Source: the human T2T-CHM13v2.0 reference genome, Homo sapiens. From it: 64,000 nucleotides of DNA. Both the position numbers and the translations under genes were made by a program. Positions 30,758 through 44,097 of this stretch are shown in pieces. The stretch lies in the NCBI RefSeq assembly GCF_009914755.1, contig NC_060938.1; one strand, 5' to 3'. Under the pieces are notes generated by a model. That model was not told where the DNA came from. It made no database searches and worked only from the letters and a program-made list of their open reading frames with translations. Within the stretch, counting starts at the first letter, position 1, and every line of letters begins with the position of its first letter.

Positions 30758-32768
30758 TAGATACATTTTCTTAACATTTTTTTCTTTTTAAATGTTATGA
30801 TAATGTACTTCAAAATGATGGAAATCTCAACAGTATAAGTATGGCTTGGTTAACGAGCAGTATGTTCACAGCCTACTTTATCTCTCCTTGCTTTTCTCAC
30901 CTCTCCCTTACCCCGTTCCCTATTTCCCTGTTCTTACCTAGCCTCCCCCGACTTCCTCAAAACAAACAAGAGATGGCAAAACAGCAGTCCAACCAAGCCC
31001 ACTGGAATTATCCTTTAATTTTACAGATACCACTTGCTGTAGGCTGTGGCCAAGATATCCAAAATTATTCTTGAGCACTGATATAAATTACTTAGATCTT
31101 CTTTGAGGTCAGAATTCAGCGATCATGGTAGGCAGTGCTTGAATGAGAAAAGCCTCCTGGTGCATCTTCAAAATGAGTCCTAAAGAACATACGAGTACTT
31201 ATAAGTAGCAGAACATAAAATGTATTTCTGACTAAAACAAATGATCCTTTCACATGTGCTTTATTAGACTCTGGGAGAGAAAAGTAACCAAGTGCTTCAG
31301 AACAGGTTTTTAGTATTTAATTCTTCATGGTAAGATAATGAAGTTCTAATGAACTATTTCTCCCAAGGTTTTAAAATTGTCAAGAGTTACTCTATTTAAA
31401 AAATAAGAAACCTCTTTAAGCAATAGATATTGCTTGGGTTTTCTTTTTTAAAAAAATAATACTATGGAGGCAAGACACTGTAAAAGTTTAATTCTTTCCA
31501 GAAGAACCAGTGGAAGAATTTAAATTTGTCACTACCATCAAAACTACTGAATTAGCAGAAATAACGATATCTAAAGCTTACCAACAAAAGAACCCTCAGC
31601 AGAATAGCAAAAACTTTGCTCGGGACATTTGAGGTCAAATTGAAGACGGAAACCGGAAACCATTTTCTTGTAAGCCTCTAGAGGCAGATCAGGTAAAGCA
31701 TAAATAGTAGAGGGAAAAGAGAGAATGGAAATAAAACTCAATATTATGCAGATTTATGCATTATTTTTTAGCATTTTTTAAGATTGGGTCTTTCAGGCTG
31801 GTTTTGGTTTGTATTAGATCTGTATACTTTAATTAACTAATGATTTAGTTTTATATTTAAGCTACGATTAATCTTTTTTCTTTGGTGATATTTCTTTGCT
31901 TTTTTTTAAACAACTTTTAATTTTTAGATATTTTGTCGAATCTATTTAGAGCTTCACCACAGCAATATGTATTTCTCTTAAAACACTGCAAACAAATATA
32001 CTAGGAGTGTGCCCTTTTAATCTTTACTATATTGTGAGATTGCTGTGTAAGCTAATTAACACATTTGTAAATACATCGTTTGCAGGAAGAAAACTTCTGA
32101 GTTACAGGTCAGGAAAAGCCTGCTGAATTTATGTTGTAAACATTACTTAACACAGCATAAAGATGAAAAGACAACAAAAATATCTTCATACTTCCTCAGC
32201 CCCTCATTGCAATAAAACCTTAAACTGGGAGAACCTTAGTCCCCTCTCTTTCCTCTTCCTCCTCCACTTCTCACTTATTGTCACCTTGTAATATTCAGAG
32301 AGCACTTGGATTATGGATCTGAATAGATAAATGTTTACAGATAATCATTAGCCCACATACCAGTAACTTATACTTAAACATGGGATGTGCTTATAAAGTG
32401 CTTTTATAATACAATATAATTACTAAAGGCAAGGGTTGACTCTTTGTTTTATTTTGACATGGCATGTCCTGAAATAAATATTGATTCACTACGGCAGGTG
32501 GGTCATATTCTTTATTTGGAAGAAGTCATGACTTCTGACATGGGGGTGATTGTCTTCCTACACTGTTGCATTTGATTCTTTTTATGTATTTTTAAGAAAG
32601 TAACCAGTTATACTGCTTTTAATATTGATTGGTCCTTTTATTTGGCTTGGAGTTCTTCAAAGCAGTGAAGTGTGTTCATAGTCCAGATTTTTTTTTTTAG
32701 TAAACACGATTTTGCTGCCAAAAATATATAAATAAAACACAAAAGAAAACAAAAATAAAAATAAAAAA
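30758..32768 (+). pseudogene. RAB6A: RAB6A/RAB6C-type retrocopy remnant: 3' UTR and A-rich tail only, no CDS
   Basis: Matches my recall of the RAB6A 3' UTR (agatacattttcttaacattttttt...cttaccccgttccctatttcc...aaacaaacaagagatggc...). AATAAA at 32731-32736 is followed by an A-rich tail. No Rab GTPase ORF upstream. Confidence 0.75.
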
Positions 32769-32936
32769 TGTGTTGAAAATATTAGACCATCTCCCTTTTT
32801 ACTGCCTTCCCTTTTTACCCTTTACTGCCATTTACATCCACACACACGACGCACACACACATACCGACTAAAATTAATTTAGATGCCAGTTCTAATTATA
32901 TTTAGAATCCTCCCCCCTCCACACCCCTTTTTTTAA

Positions 32937-33248
<312 letters not shown>

Positions 33249-33352
33249 TAATTTTTTGAAAAGACTATTCTGTGTCCGTTTTATAATTTTTTGGCCACTG
33301 AAAAAGATATGTCCAATCATAGACACAGTGAATATAACAGATGGTAGTTTCA

Positions 33353-33517
<165 letters not shown>

Positions 33518-35566
33518 CTACTCAGGAGGCTGAGGGAGAAGAATCGCTTGAACCCAGGAGGCCCAGGTGGCAGTGAGCCAAGATCACGCCACTGCACTCC
33601 AGCCTGGGTGACAGAGTGAGACTCCCTCTCGAATAAATAAATAAATGAAATGTTGAATTTTTACAAGTCGTTGTTCCCATTCAAATTTTTGAACGCAACA
33701 GCAGCCTCTTACAAAACAGCCTTGTTAAACTAATTTGCCGATGTTAAATTCTTAAGTAAAAGGGGAATTCCACAGGAATTTATATTGCTCTTTTATAAAT
33801 CTCTTGAACCTGGGAGGAGGAGGTTACAGTGAGCCAAGATCAGGCCATTGCACTCCAGCCTGGGTGACAGAGTGAGAGTCTGTCTCAAACAAAAATAAAA
33901 ATAAAAAAGAGGAAAAATCAGGCACAAGTATGCAGAGAAAGGTGAAGTGAGTAAAGGGTCTAACCCATAACTTTGAATTCCAAAGCTTGAGCTGATCCTC
34001 CAAAACACAGGAAATGCTACTTGCTTGTGAAATTAGTGTGCTTTTCATAAAAAGTAGAAAGTATTTGCACAGGTTTATGCAGTCCTGAGGGGCAGAGATG
34101 AATCTGTCATTTGCAGATATGAAGACAGCTCAAGGTGGTGATCCTGGACATTCAGGAGGGGGAAATTAGACATGAGATCCAGGGCTGGATGCTTACTGAA
34201 TTAGCCAGTCCCTGGGTCACTCAGGGGAAACCTATGCTGATTTCTGGACCTCTTTCTTTGTATAGTCCATTATTTTAAATTTGAGATGCTCACTTAGCCC
34301 TCCTAAAATAATGTTTCTCTCTCTTCAATTCAGGGACTTCTCTAAGCTCTGTCTGGGTTCTGCTGTCAATGGTGTTGTCCAGTAAGTATCCCCAGGCAGA
34401 AATAAGAGGCTGTTGTAGGGGTTGCATTGTTTGTGTCTCTTCTCAACTGGAGAAAAACAGTCCTTAGCTGCTGATTGTCTAATGTTTGAAAATGATTTTT
34501 TATATAGTTTGTCTAGTTTTCTAGTTGTTTATAGTGGAATCAGTCATTAGCTCCTGATTATAATCTCTCATCTACTGAACTTTTTATTTTAATTTAAAAC
34601 TTTTTAAAATGTTATATTTTAATTTTGTTACAGAATATAGTAATACATTATCCTAGTGTAAAATTTAAAAGGTAAGTAATACATAGTAAAAAAAAATTCC
34701 TCCCACTTTCACTCCCGGAAGTAACTGATGTTACAAAATTTTTCTGTCTTTTAAAGTTATTATATGTATCTACAAAACAAAACACAGGAAACTAGCCATA
34801 ATAAAATAATGGGGTCTAAAGGAATTCAATCACATAAAATGTTAGGTCAAATTTATTGTGAGATTAATAAAAATTATACTTTTGTTAAACTATTTCTCTC
34901 ACAAAAAGCACAAAATGATTGTGAAACTTACAGCACACGTTGCTGACTAGTGAACTGAGTAACCGCCATTGATTGTGAGGCAGTGACTTCTATGTCCTCT
35001 TCCCCATCTCATTACTTACAAGTCATGTATAAGAGTCTCCTTTGTTCTATAATTTCTCTGACAGTTGTGATTGAAATTTTCAATTTTTGTCAAGCTGGCT
35101 AATGTAAAACATCATCCTGTTTTATGTTTAATAGCATTTCCCTGATTACTAATATGAAGCATTATATATTGTCTATTCATGTTTCATATTTTGTATAATG
35201 TCTATATCCTTTGTTCATTATGTAATTGTGTTATTTGTATTCTTTATGTGTTATTCTTTAACACATTGCTGTTTATATGTTGGTTATATTTTACATTTTC
35301 TTCTAGTTTATGGGAAGTCTTTTTCTTTTCCTAAGGCAATCTGTTGATAAATATAACCTGTGAATATTAAAGTTATTAAAGTTATCAAACATTTGAGATA
35401 AATTTATTCATTAGCTCTTTATGAGTTATTGGTTTTTTTCAGGTTAAAAGAAATAACTTCTTTTTTTGTTTTTTGATGTGAAGAACTTGGTGGAGAAATT
35501 AAAATTTCAGATGCAGAAAAAGAAGCAAGAAAATTTCTGGAATGACAGGCATGAGTAGATAACAGG

Positions 35567-36097
35567 TGTGATGGTTAATACTGAGTGTCACCTTGCTTGG
35601 ATTGAAGGGTGCAAAGTATTGTTCCTGGGTGTGTCTGTGAGGGTGTCACCAAAGGAGATTAACAGTTGAGTCAGTGAACTGGGAGATGCAGACCCACCCT
35701 CAGTCTGGGTGGTCACCCTCTAATCAGCTGCCAGCACAGCTAGGATAAAAGCAGACAGAGGAATATGGAAGGGCTCGACTGGCTCCACCTTTCTCCCATG
35801 CTGGTTGCTTCCTGCCCTCAAACATCAAACTCCAAGTTCTTTCAGCTTTTGGACTCTTGGACCTACACCAGGGGTTTGCCAGGGGCTCTCAGGCCTTCGG
35901 CCTCAGACTGAAGGCTGCCTGGTTGGCTTCCCTACTTTTGGGATTTGGGGACTCAGATTGGCTTTCTTGCTCCTCAGCTTGCAGACAGCCTATCGTGCAA
36001 CTTCACCTTGTGATTGTGTGAGTCAATACTCTTTAATAACTCATTTTATATATACATTTATCCTATTAGTCATGTCCCTCTAGAGAATCCTAATACA
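35567..36097 (+). mobile_element. MLT2A-type (ERVL) solo LTR
   Basis: Starts tgtgatggttaatactgagtgtca and ends ctctagagaatcctaataca. 5-bp TSD acagg/acaag. Confidence 0.85.
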
Positions 36098-36509
36098 ACA
36101 AGACACAGCACCTAGTCACAGTGAGAGGGGTGGACATTATTTAGAAGCAAAGACAGTTCATCCATATGAAAAGGAGAGATAAAAGAATGTAGGTATAGAT
36201 ATATAAAGATGAGCAGATGAAGAGACTGGAGATTTTGAAATTCTTGTCAAATGACCACTTTTTTTTTTTACAAGTGAAATTGAAAATAAAGTCATCAGTA
36301 AAGAGTTAAGATGGGAAGGAGAGAAAATAAGTATGAACTGTTACTCTGGGAAAGGATGAGAGTGAATGGGGCAGGGAATATTTTTTTCTGGGAAACATAA
36401 AGACAGGAGCTTTGTGATCATGAATTTCAGTTGAAACAAATTAACCTGATTCCCTCTTACTCTATTTTAAATTTCAGTTTTATTTATTTAAAAATCTGAA
36501 CGTAATATC

Positions 36510-37051
36510 CATAATTATAGTATTATACAGAAGAGTTTCACTGCCCTAAAATTCCTCTGTGCTCCATCTGTGCATCCCTCTGTCCCCCATAACTCCTGGC
36601 AACCACTGATCTTTTTTAACTGTCTCCATAGTTTTGCCTTTCCCAGAATGTCATGTAGCTGGAGTCATACAGTACGTAGCATTTCCTGATTGGCTTCACT
36701 CAGAAACATGTATTTGAGATTGCTTAATGTCTTTTTATGGCTTGATAGGTCATTTCTTTTTAATGCTGAATAACATTTAATTATTTGGATGTATTACAGT
36801 TTATCCATTTACCTAATGAAGGACATCTTGGTTGCTTCCAAGTTTGGCAATTATGAATTAAACCGCTATAAACATTATCGTGCAGGTTTTTGTGTGGACA
36901 TGTTTTCAATTTCTTTGGGTAAATACTAAGGAGCATTATTGCTAGATTATATGATAAGAGTTTGCTTAGTTTTGTAAAAAGCTGACCAACTGTCTTCATA
37001 AGTGGTGTAACATTTGCATTCCTACCAGCATCACCAGCATTTGGTGCTGTC
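36510..37051 (-). mobile_element. Old L1M 3' fragment
   Basis: Motifs ggacatcttggttgcttccaagtttggcaattatgaat and ctggcaaccactgatcttttt. Confidence 0.7.
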
Positions 37052-37892
37052 TGCCTTTCATATTCACCAGGCTTAATCTTCATAATTGTGCTGCACTTAC
37101 CTTTATAATGAAAGTCTTCAATTCATCCCCTGCTTTGTTTCTTAAACAATCTTGAATGAGTTCTTTAAAGTCTAAAAATCTCCAGAAAATAAAAGTATTA
37201 ACTATATATTGAGAGCTGAAGTTTGCAGAGCAAAGGAGTGACACTAAATTGGTGATGATGTAAAACCTCAGCTGAAAATTCTAATAGCTACAGAAGAGGT
37301 ATGATATTTTCCTTTATAGTTCCTTCTCATTTACATGTGTAAACTTAAGAGAGTCAGGAGTATTGTATTGTTAGGAAAATCAGAGCACTTCAAAAAATTG
37401 TTGTTTATAATGTTTAGAAATTTAGACCTAACATTTTCATGATATAGACTAGAGTAGTCTTAGCTAAACAGAACCATTTATTAGTCTGTTGTACATATTG
37501 TTTCAGACACATTTATTATATTATAAACAAAAGGAGAATAAAGTAAAACTACTTTGAGAAGGTGTCTAATAAAAATAAGATAATTATGGGATTTCTATTA
37601 TCCACACTCAATTAAGACTAATATTTTTAATTTTAAAAAGTTTTTTAAAGAAGAATTCCTGAATGGTAATTGATAATACATTACCTTGGTTTTTCTGATA
37701 AAAATCCTTGAAGAATAAAAATAATTTCTTCCTACTTCTATATTACGATCAGCATAATTGCAATAATATGCTTCAATTGTTAGTAAAGTAACATTTATGT
37801 TTTGGGATCAATGAAGCTAAGCCAGCACTAAGAATTTTATTACTATTCCTCCACTACACTTCAGAGAGTTATTTCTTCATCCTTAAACATAC

Positions 37893-37937
37893 CACAATAA
37901 TAAGTCTGCTAGGTCCATTTAGATTTTCAACCCAACC
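37893..37937 (-). pseudogene. FAR2: FAR2 duplicated fragment, 45-nt exon
   Basis: ttcttttag|GGTTGGGTTGAAAATCTA...ATTGTG|gtatgt translates GWVENLNGPSRLIIV versus recalled FAR2 GWVDNINGPNGIIIA. Confidence 0.85.
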
Positions 37938-38857
37938 CTAAAAGAAAGAAGGTTTCTATTGGTTACACATTTCAGAAGATTGTTGTATCTTTGAAACATC
38001 TGCAGTCTCATCTTAATAAATTTCAAACAAGAGCACTGAGACCCCAGCCAACAGAACTATCTAATTCAGTATTATTAAGATCTGAAGGATCAGTGGCAAA
38101 GCATTGGCTATTTTCTGCACCTTGACTATGCAAAAATTAAAATTTGGCCAGGATTGTTGTTCGTAGCAGGAGTCATGAATGGTTTTGTGGTGTTTTATGA
38201 CATCTTAAGGGCCACATTGAACCTTGTTCTTATATTATGATCTGCTAAGCAATTCACCAACCATACTTCTCCACCTCAGTCCTGACTTTAGCCTCCTTAG
38301 GAGAATATTGGAGACATGATTGGTAGTAATGGCCCATTTCTTGACATTTTTGACCAGCTATAGAGCCCATGCCAGATACACATATATATGTGTGTGTGTG
38401 TATATGTAGTGTGTGTGTGTGTGTGTGTGTAAATGTAGTGTGTGTGTGTGTGTTGACTTGCTTAAAGATGTTACAGGGAAGATTATGTTTAAGAACAGTT
38501 AGAGGGAAATGTCTTTTTGAGTTTGTTTCCTAAACCCTAAGCCATTCAGCTGACCTTATTATGTCTCTTTACCTCATAGTGTAAAAGTCAAAATGTGTGT
38601 GCATAATGGGAAAGGAGAGAGGCGGGAGGAGAAGATGAAGGGATTAATATCCATGAGCGTTTTAGTAAGGACCTGCCTTTTACTAGAGACTGAGCACTCC
38701 TCATACATTGTCTCATTAAACCAGGTCTCCAAAATAGTATCCCTCCTGTTTTATGGAAGGGACAACTCAAAAATTTTGCATTGCCAGTAAGTGGTGGAGC
38801 TGGAATTTATCCGCCCCAAAGCTTCACAGACTTGCTTTAAAGAAGATGGTATAATTC

Positions 38858-39560
38858 TATCTCACACCAGTTAGAATGGCGATCATTAAAGAGTCAGGAA
38901 ACAACAGGTGCTGGAGAGCATGTGGAGAAATAGGAACACTTTTACACTGTTGGTGGGAGTGTAAACTACTTCAATCATTGTAGAAGACAGGGTGGCGATT
39001 CCTCAATGATCTAGAACTAGAAATACCATTTGATCCAGCGATCCCGTTACTGGGTATATATCCAAAGGATTATAAATCCTGCTACTATAAAGACACATGC
39101 ACACATATGTTTATTGCAGCACTATTCACAATAGCAACAACTTGGAACCAACTCAAATCTGTATCGATGATAGACTGGATTAAGAAAATGTGGCACATAC
39201 AAGCCATGGAGAACTATGCAGCCATAAAAAAGGATGAGTTCATATCCTTTGTAGCGACATGGATGAAACTGGAAACCATCATTCTGAGCAAACTACCGCA
39301 AGGACAGAAAACCAAACACCACATGTTCTCACTTGTAGGTGGGAATTGAACAATGAGAACACTTGGACACAAGGCGGGGAACATCACACACGGGGGCCTG
39401 TCCTAGCATGGAAGCTAGGGGAGGGATAGCATTAGGAGAAATACCTAATGTAAATGACGAGTTAATGGGTGCAGCAAACCAACATGGCACATGTAGACAT
39501 ACGTAACAAACCTGCACATTGTGCACATGTACCCTAGAACTTAAAGTATAATAAAAAAAA
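38858..39560 (+). mobile_element. L1PA 3' end, 5'-truncated
   Basis: ORF2 C-terminus, 3' UTR and poly(A). TSD aaagaagat(gg/ag)(t/c)ataattc at 38839-38857 and ~39558-39576. Confidence 0.9.
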
Positions 39561-39937
39561 GAAGATAGCATAATTCAAAGTACTTTTAAAAGGACATAGC
39601 ACTATACTGAGGTTAGGAAAAACAGTATTCCCAAACTGGGATCCTTCTGTGCACTTTGTAACCCTTGTTTACCCTGGCAGTTGCAATACTACCAATTTGA
39701 CCATTAAGAACATTCGGTATGTTTAAACTATAGTGGGAAAGCCAAGATATGAAGCCATCACCCATGGGAATTTTGAGGCTAGAGTAATTAGAAGCTAATT
39801 TAAGGTCTCCATTCAACTCTAGGACAGTCAGGGTAACTGCCAGAGAAGCTGCATGCTGAGTAAATCCTGATCCCAAAGTGGAATTTTGCCCTAGTATAAT
39901 GGGTTCATATTTGATTGGCTGCACTTAGCTATAAATC

Positions 39938-40040
39938 CTGAGGAGGAGGAAGAGGAGGAAGAGGAGGAGGAGGAGGAGGAAGAGGGGAAGGGGAAGAGGA
40001 AGAAGATGAAAGAAGAAGGAGAAGGAGGAGGAGGGGGAGA
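39938..40040. repeat. GAG/GAA purine-rich simple repeat
   Basis: Read directly from the sequence. Confidence 0.9.
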
Positions 40041-40117
40041 AACGACATCAGAAAGTAATTGGGCTAGAAGAACTTTAATTTGGAAGCAAAACACAGAATC
40101 CAGGTGAGTGGGCTTAC

Positions 40118-40295
40118 TGGGAAAGGCTCATGCCACGTTGCTCCCACAATGGAGGGCCTTATGATGGCGATGGTTAGGTTTCTGCTCTCCTGTTGCACCA
40201 CCATTTCTCCCAAGGCCTTGATGTAGGTGCAAGAATTGGGTGGATCTCTGATCAGCTTGGGTGTGATCTCGTCAATAACAGCATCGTCTAACCAC
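40118..40295 (-). pseudogene. FAR2: FAR2 duplicated fragment, 178-nt exon (YxxxK region), acceptor mutated
   Basis: Translates [59 protein letters not shown]. Donor gtaag is intact; the acceptor reads ttttAC rather than AG. Confidence 0.92.
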
Positions 40296-41170
40296 GTAAA
40301 AGGTAGTCAGAGTGAAAAGAATTCTAGCAGCATATGTTAGACAATAGACCAAAAGGAAAATGTGACATGCAAATAGTCAAACAAAACTTCCACCTTTTAG
40401 CCTTGGTTCTGGAATTTAGTCACACAATACCAAGTTTGAGGGCATACCTGTTCAAAGCATGCATGAGCTCTTTGCTCTTCACTGCTAAGCCCAATCTCAT
40501 CAGCCAAATCCTATGCCCTCCCATCTAGAGAGATAGGTAGGTAGAGAGACCAATAGAATCAATAGCAATACCACTTTATTATTACTACTAGTATAGGGCT
40601 ATTAGTACTACTTTATTAGTATGACTTTAGCACTACTATTTATTTATCAATTACTTTATCAATACTACTACTTTATCTGTAGTAGTACTAAACTGGAGGT
40701 TATTACATACAACCTCTTTACTTCCTCTCCAAGAAGCTCCTAAGTACATTCACTGCACACATTTTTGAGTCCCAGTCATTCTCCCAATAGTGTGCTGGAA
40801 GCTGCGTTCAGGGAGTTTGAGGCTCTCATCCAAGGTGTTTCAGTGGCAGCCCTGTTCAGTGTTGCCCCATAGAAACCCGGTGCAGTGATCCTGAAGAGTT
40901 TAGCTTTACATTTAAAAATTTTCATTCAATGCAAATCAAACCAAAGTGACTACTTTTGGCAGACTGACAATCTCCTAGCAAATCTATGTAACGCATTTTG
41001 AAGGTCTGTTTAGAGTCTGTGCTAATAACTTGCTAATTATTTCCAGAGATTTCCAATGAATTCTGAAGTCTGTCAAGTGGGGTGATTATAGTACTCTGAA
41101 ATTGCTTCAAAACCATGAATATTGAATTCTCCTACTTATAATATGACATGTATCATGAATAACTGAGTTA

Positions 41171-41563
<393 letters not shown>

Positions 41564-42277
41564 TCAATTAAATATGTAACATTTATTCTAGCTGAGAGAT
41601 CTATGTGCTTAAATTATTGATATAGCGTTTTAAAAATTAAGCTGCCATTCTAACTGGTGTGAGATGGTATCTCATTGTGGTTTTGATTTGCATTTCTCTG
41701 ATGGCCAGTGATGGTGAGCATTTTTTCGTGTGTCTGTTGACTGCATAAATGTCTTCTTTTGAGAAGTGTCTGTTCATGTCCTTTGCCCACTTTTTGATGG
41801 GGTTGTTTTGTTTTTTCTTGTAAATCTGTTTAAGTTCTTTGTAGATTCTGGATATTAGCCCTTTGTCAGATGGATAGATTGCAAAAATGTTCTCCCATTC
41901 TGTAGGTTGCCTGTTCACTCTGATGGTAGTTTCTTTTGCTGTGCAGAAGCTCTTTAGTTTAATTAGATCCCATTTGTCTGTTTTGGCTTTTGTTGCCATT
42001 GCTTGACATAGGAACGCTTTTACACTGTTGGTGGGAGTGTAAACTAGTTCAACCATTGTGGAAGACAGTGTGGCGATTCCTCAAGGATCTAGAACGAGAA
42101 ATACCATTTGACCCAGAGATTCCATTACTGGGTATATACCCAAAGGATTATAAATCATGCTACTATAAAGACACATGCACACGTATGTTTATTGCGGCAC
42201 TATTCACAATAGCAAAAACTTGGAACCAACCCAAATGTCCATCAACCATAGACTGGATTAAGAAAATGTGACACATG

Positions 42278-44021
42278 AGACCAGCGGCGGCGGCCGCAGC
42301 GGTGCTGGAGGCGCAGAGGGCGGCGCAGGCGGAGCCTGGCGAGCGCCTGAGCTAGCGGAGACCTGGCGGCCTTTCGGGAGGCCGCGGCGGCACCCCAGGC
42401 CCAGCCGGCACGGGAGGAGTTCCAGGGCGATGGGGCCGTGGTCCGGGCTGATGCTTTGACAGCTGAAAAGAGCGCGGAGCCAGCGCCTGGTCGGGAGGGA
42501 GGGGAGCGCGGCGAGGAGAGCGCCAGCTAGCGAGAGAGCGAGCGAGCGCCTGGGAGGGGGCCTGGAGCCAGGGGCAGCTCGGGAGAGCCGGGGCGGTGGC
42601 GGCTGTGGCGAGGCTTGGAGCCCTCTTCCCTGCAAACCATGTTTGCCAAAGACAAAGGCTCGTTGGTGCCCTCGGACGGGCAGGCTGGGGAAAAGTTAGC
42701 TTTATACGTCTACGAATATTTACTGCAGGTAGGAGCACAGAAATCTGCACAGACCTTCTTATCGGAGATTCTCTGGGAAAAAAAAAAAACATCACGTTGG
42801 GAGAACAGCCTCGGTTTTTGCACTCGTGGTGGTGTGTATTTTGGGACCTTTACTGTGCAGCTCCTAAAAGGAGAGACACTTGTGAACATTCAAGTGAAGC
42901 AAAAGCCTTTCCTGATTCTAGTGCAGCAGCTGCCCGGAGCCCCGTGCTTGGCAACATTCCCCCCAACGATGGGATGCCGGGAGGCCGAGTCCCGCCAGGT
43001 TTCTTTCAGGGTCCTCCGGGGTCACTGCCCTCGCCGCATGCACAGCCTCCACCTCACAATCCTAGCAGCATGATGGGACCCCACAGTCAGCCTTTTATGT
43101 CACCGCGATATGCAGGCGGCCCCAGGCCCCCCGATGAGAATGGGAAACCAGCCTCCTCCGGAGGAGTTCCTGGGAAACAGCCATTGCTGCCCAATTCCAT
43201 GGATCCCACACGACAGCAAGGCCACCCCCACATGGAAGGATCAATGCAGAGAATGAACCCTCCCCAAGGCATGGGGCCCATGAGTCCCAGCCCACAGAAT
43301 TACGGCAGTGGCATGAGACCACCACCCAATTCCCTCGGCCCCGCCACGCCCGGGATTAACATGGGCCCGGGAGCTGGCAGACCCTGGCCCAATCCTAACA
43401 GTGCTAACTCAATTCCATACTCCTCCTCATCACCTGGTACCTATGTGGGACACCCCCTGGTGGTGGCGGCCCTCCAGGAACACCCACTATGCCCAGTCCC
43501 TCAGATTCAACAAATTCCAGCGACAACATCTACACAATGATTAATCTGGTGCCACCTGGAGGCAGCCGGTCCAACTTCCTGATGGGTCCCGGCTTGGACG
43601 GTCCAATGGGCAGCATGGGTGGCATGGAGCCACACCACATGAACGGATTGTTAGGGTCAGGCGACATAAATGACTTCCAAAAAATTCTCCTAACAACGTG
43701 AATAGTATTAGCAATCTTCCAGGCACCCCTCGAGATGACGGCGAGCTAGGAGGGAACTTCCTCCACTCCTTTCAGAATGACAATTACTCTCCAAGCACGA
43801 CGATGAGTGTGTGATCCCCCCTTCTCCAAGATGCTGAGAGAGCTGGCATTGCAGGCAGGAAGATGCCAGAAATTATGCAAGAAGTGAGGTGTCATTACCC
43901 AGGAGCTGGTGGAGAGGGCATCTCCTGCTCCCCTCAACCCCCTCCCACCCCATCCACGCCCACCTTTTCCAATTTTAGTTTCATGCAGTAAAAAGGCCGA
44001 ACTTTTTATTCCATGAAACAA

Positions 44022-44093
<72 letters not shown>
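42278..44093 (+). pseudogene. SSBP3: SSBP3 processed pseudogene (ATG 42639, stop 43812-43814, frameshifted)
   Basis: [29 protein letters not shown]..., [17 protein letters not shown], ...[14 protein letters not shown]. Intronless with a GC-rich 5' UTR. TSD aagaaaatgtg(a/g)cacatg at 42260-42277 and 44094-44111. Confidence 0.95.

Positions 44094-44096
<3 letters not shown>
44021..44096 (+). repeat. (AAAG)19 microsatellite derived from the retrocopy poly(A) tail
   Basis: Perfect repeat between the SSBP3 3' UTR end and the TSD. Confidence 0.9.

Positions 44097-44097
<1 letters not shown>

Noticed and set aside
41637-42271. L1 ORF2-like ORFs on both strands
   Set aside because: Fragments of one truncated, inverted L1 with no functional ORF2.
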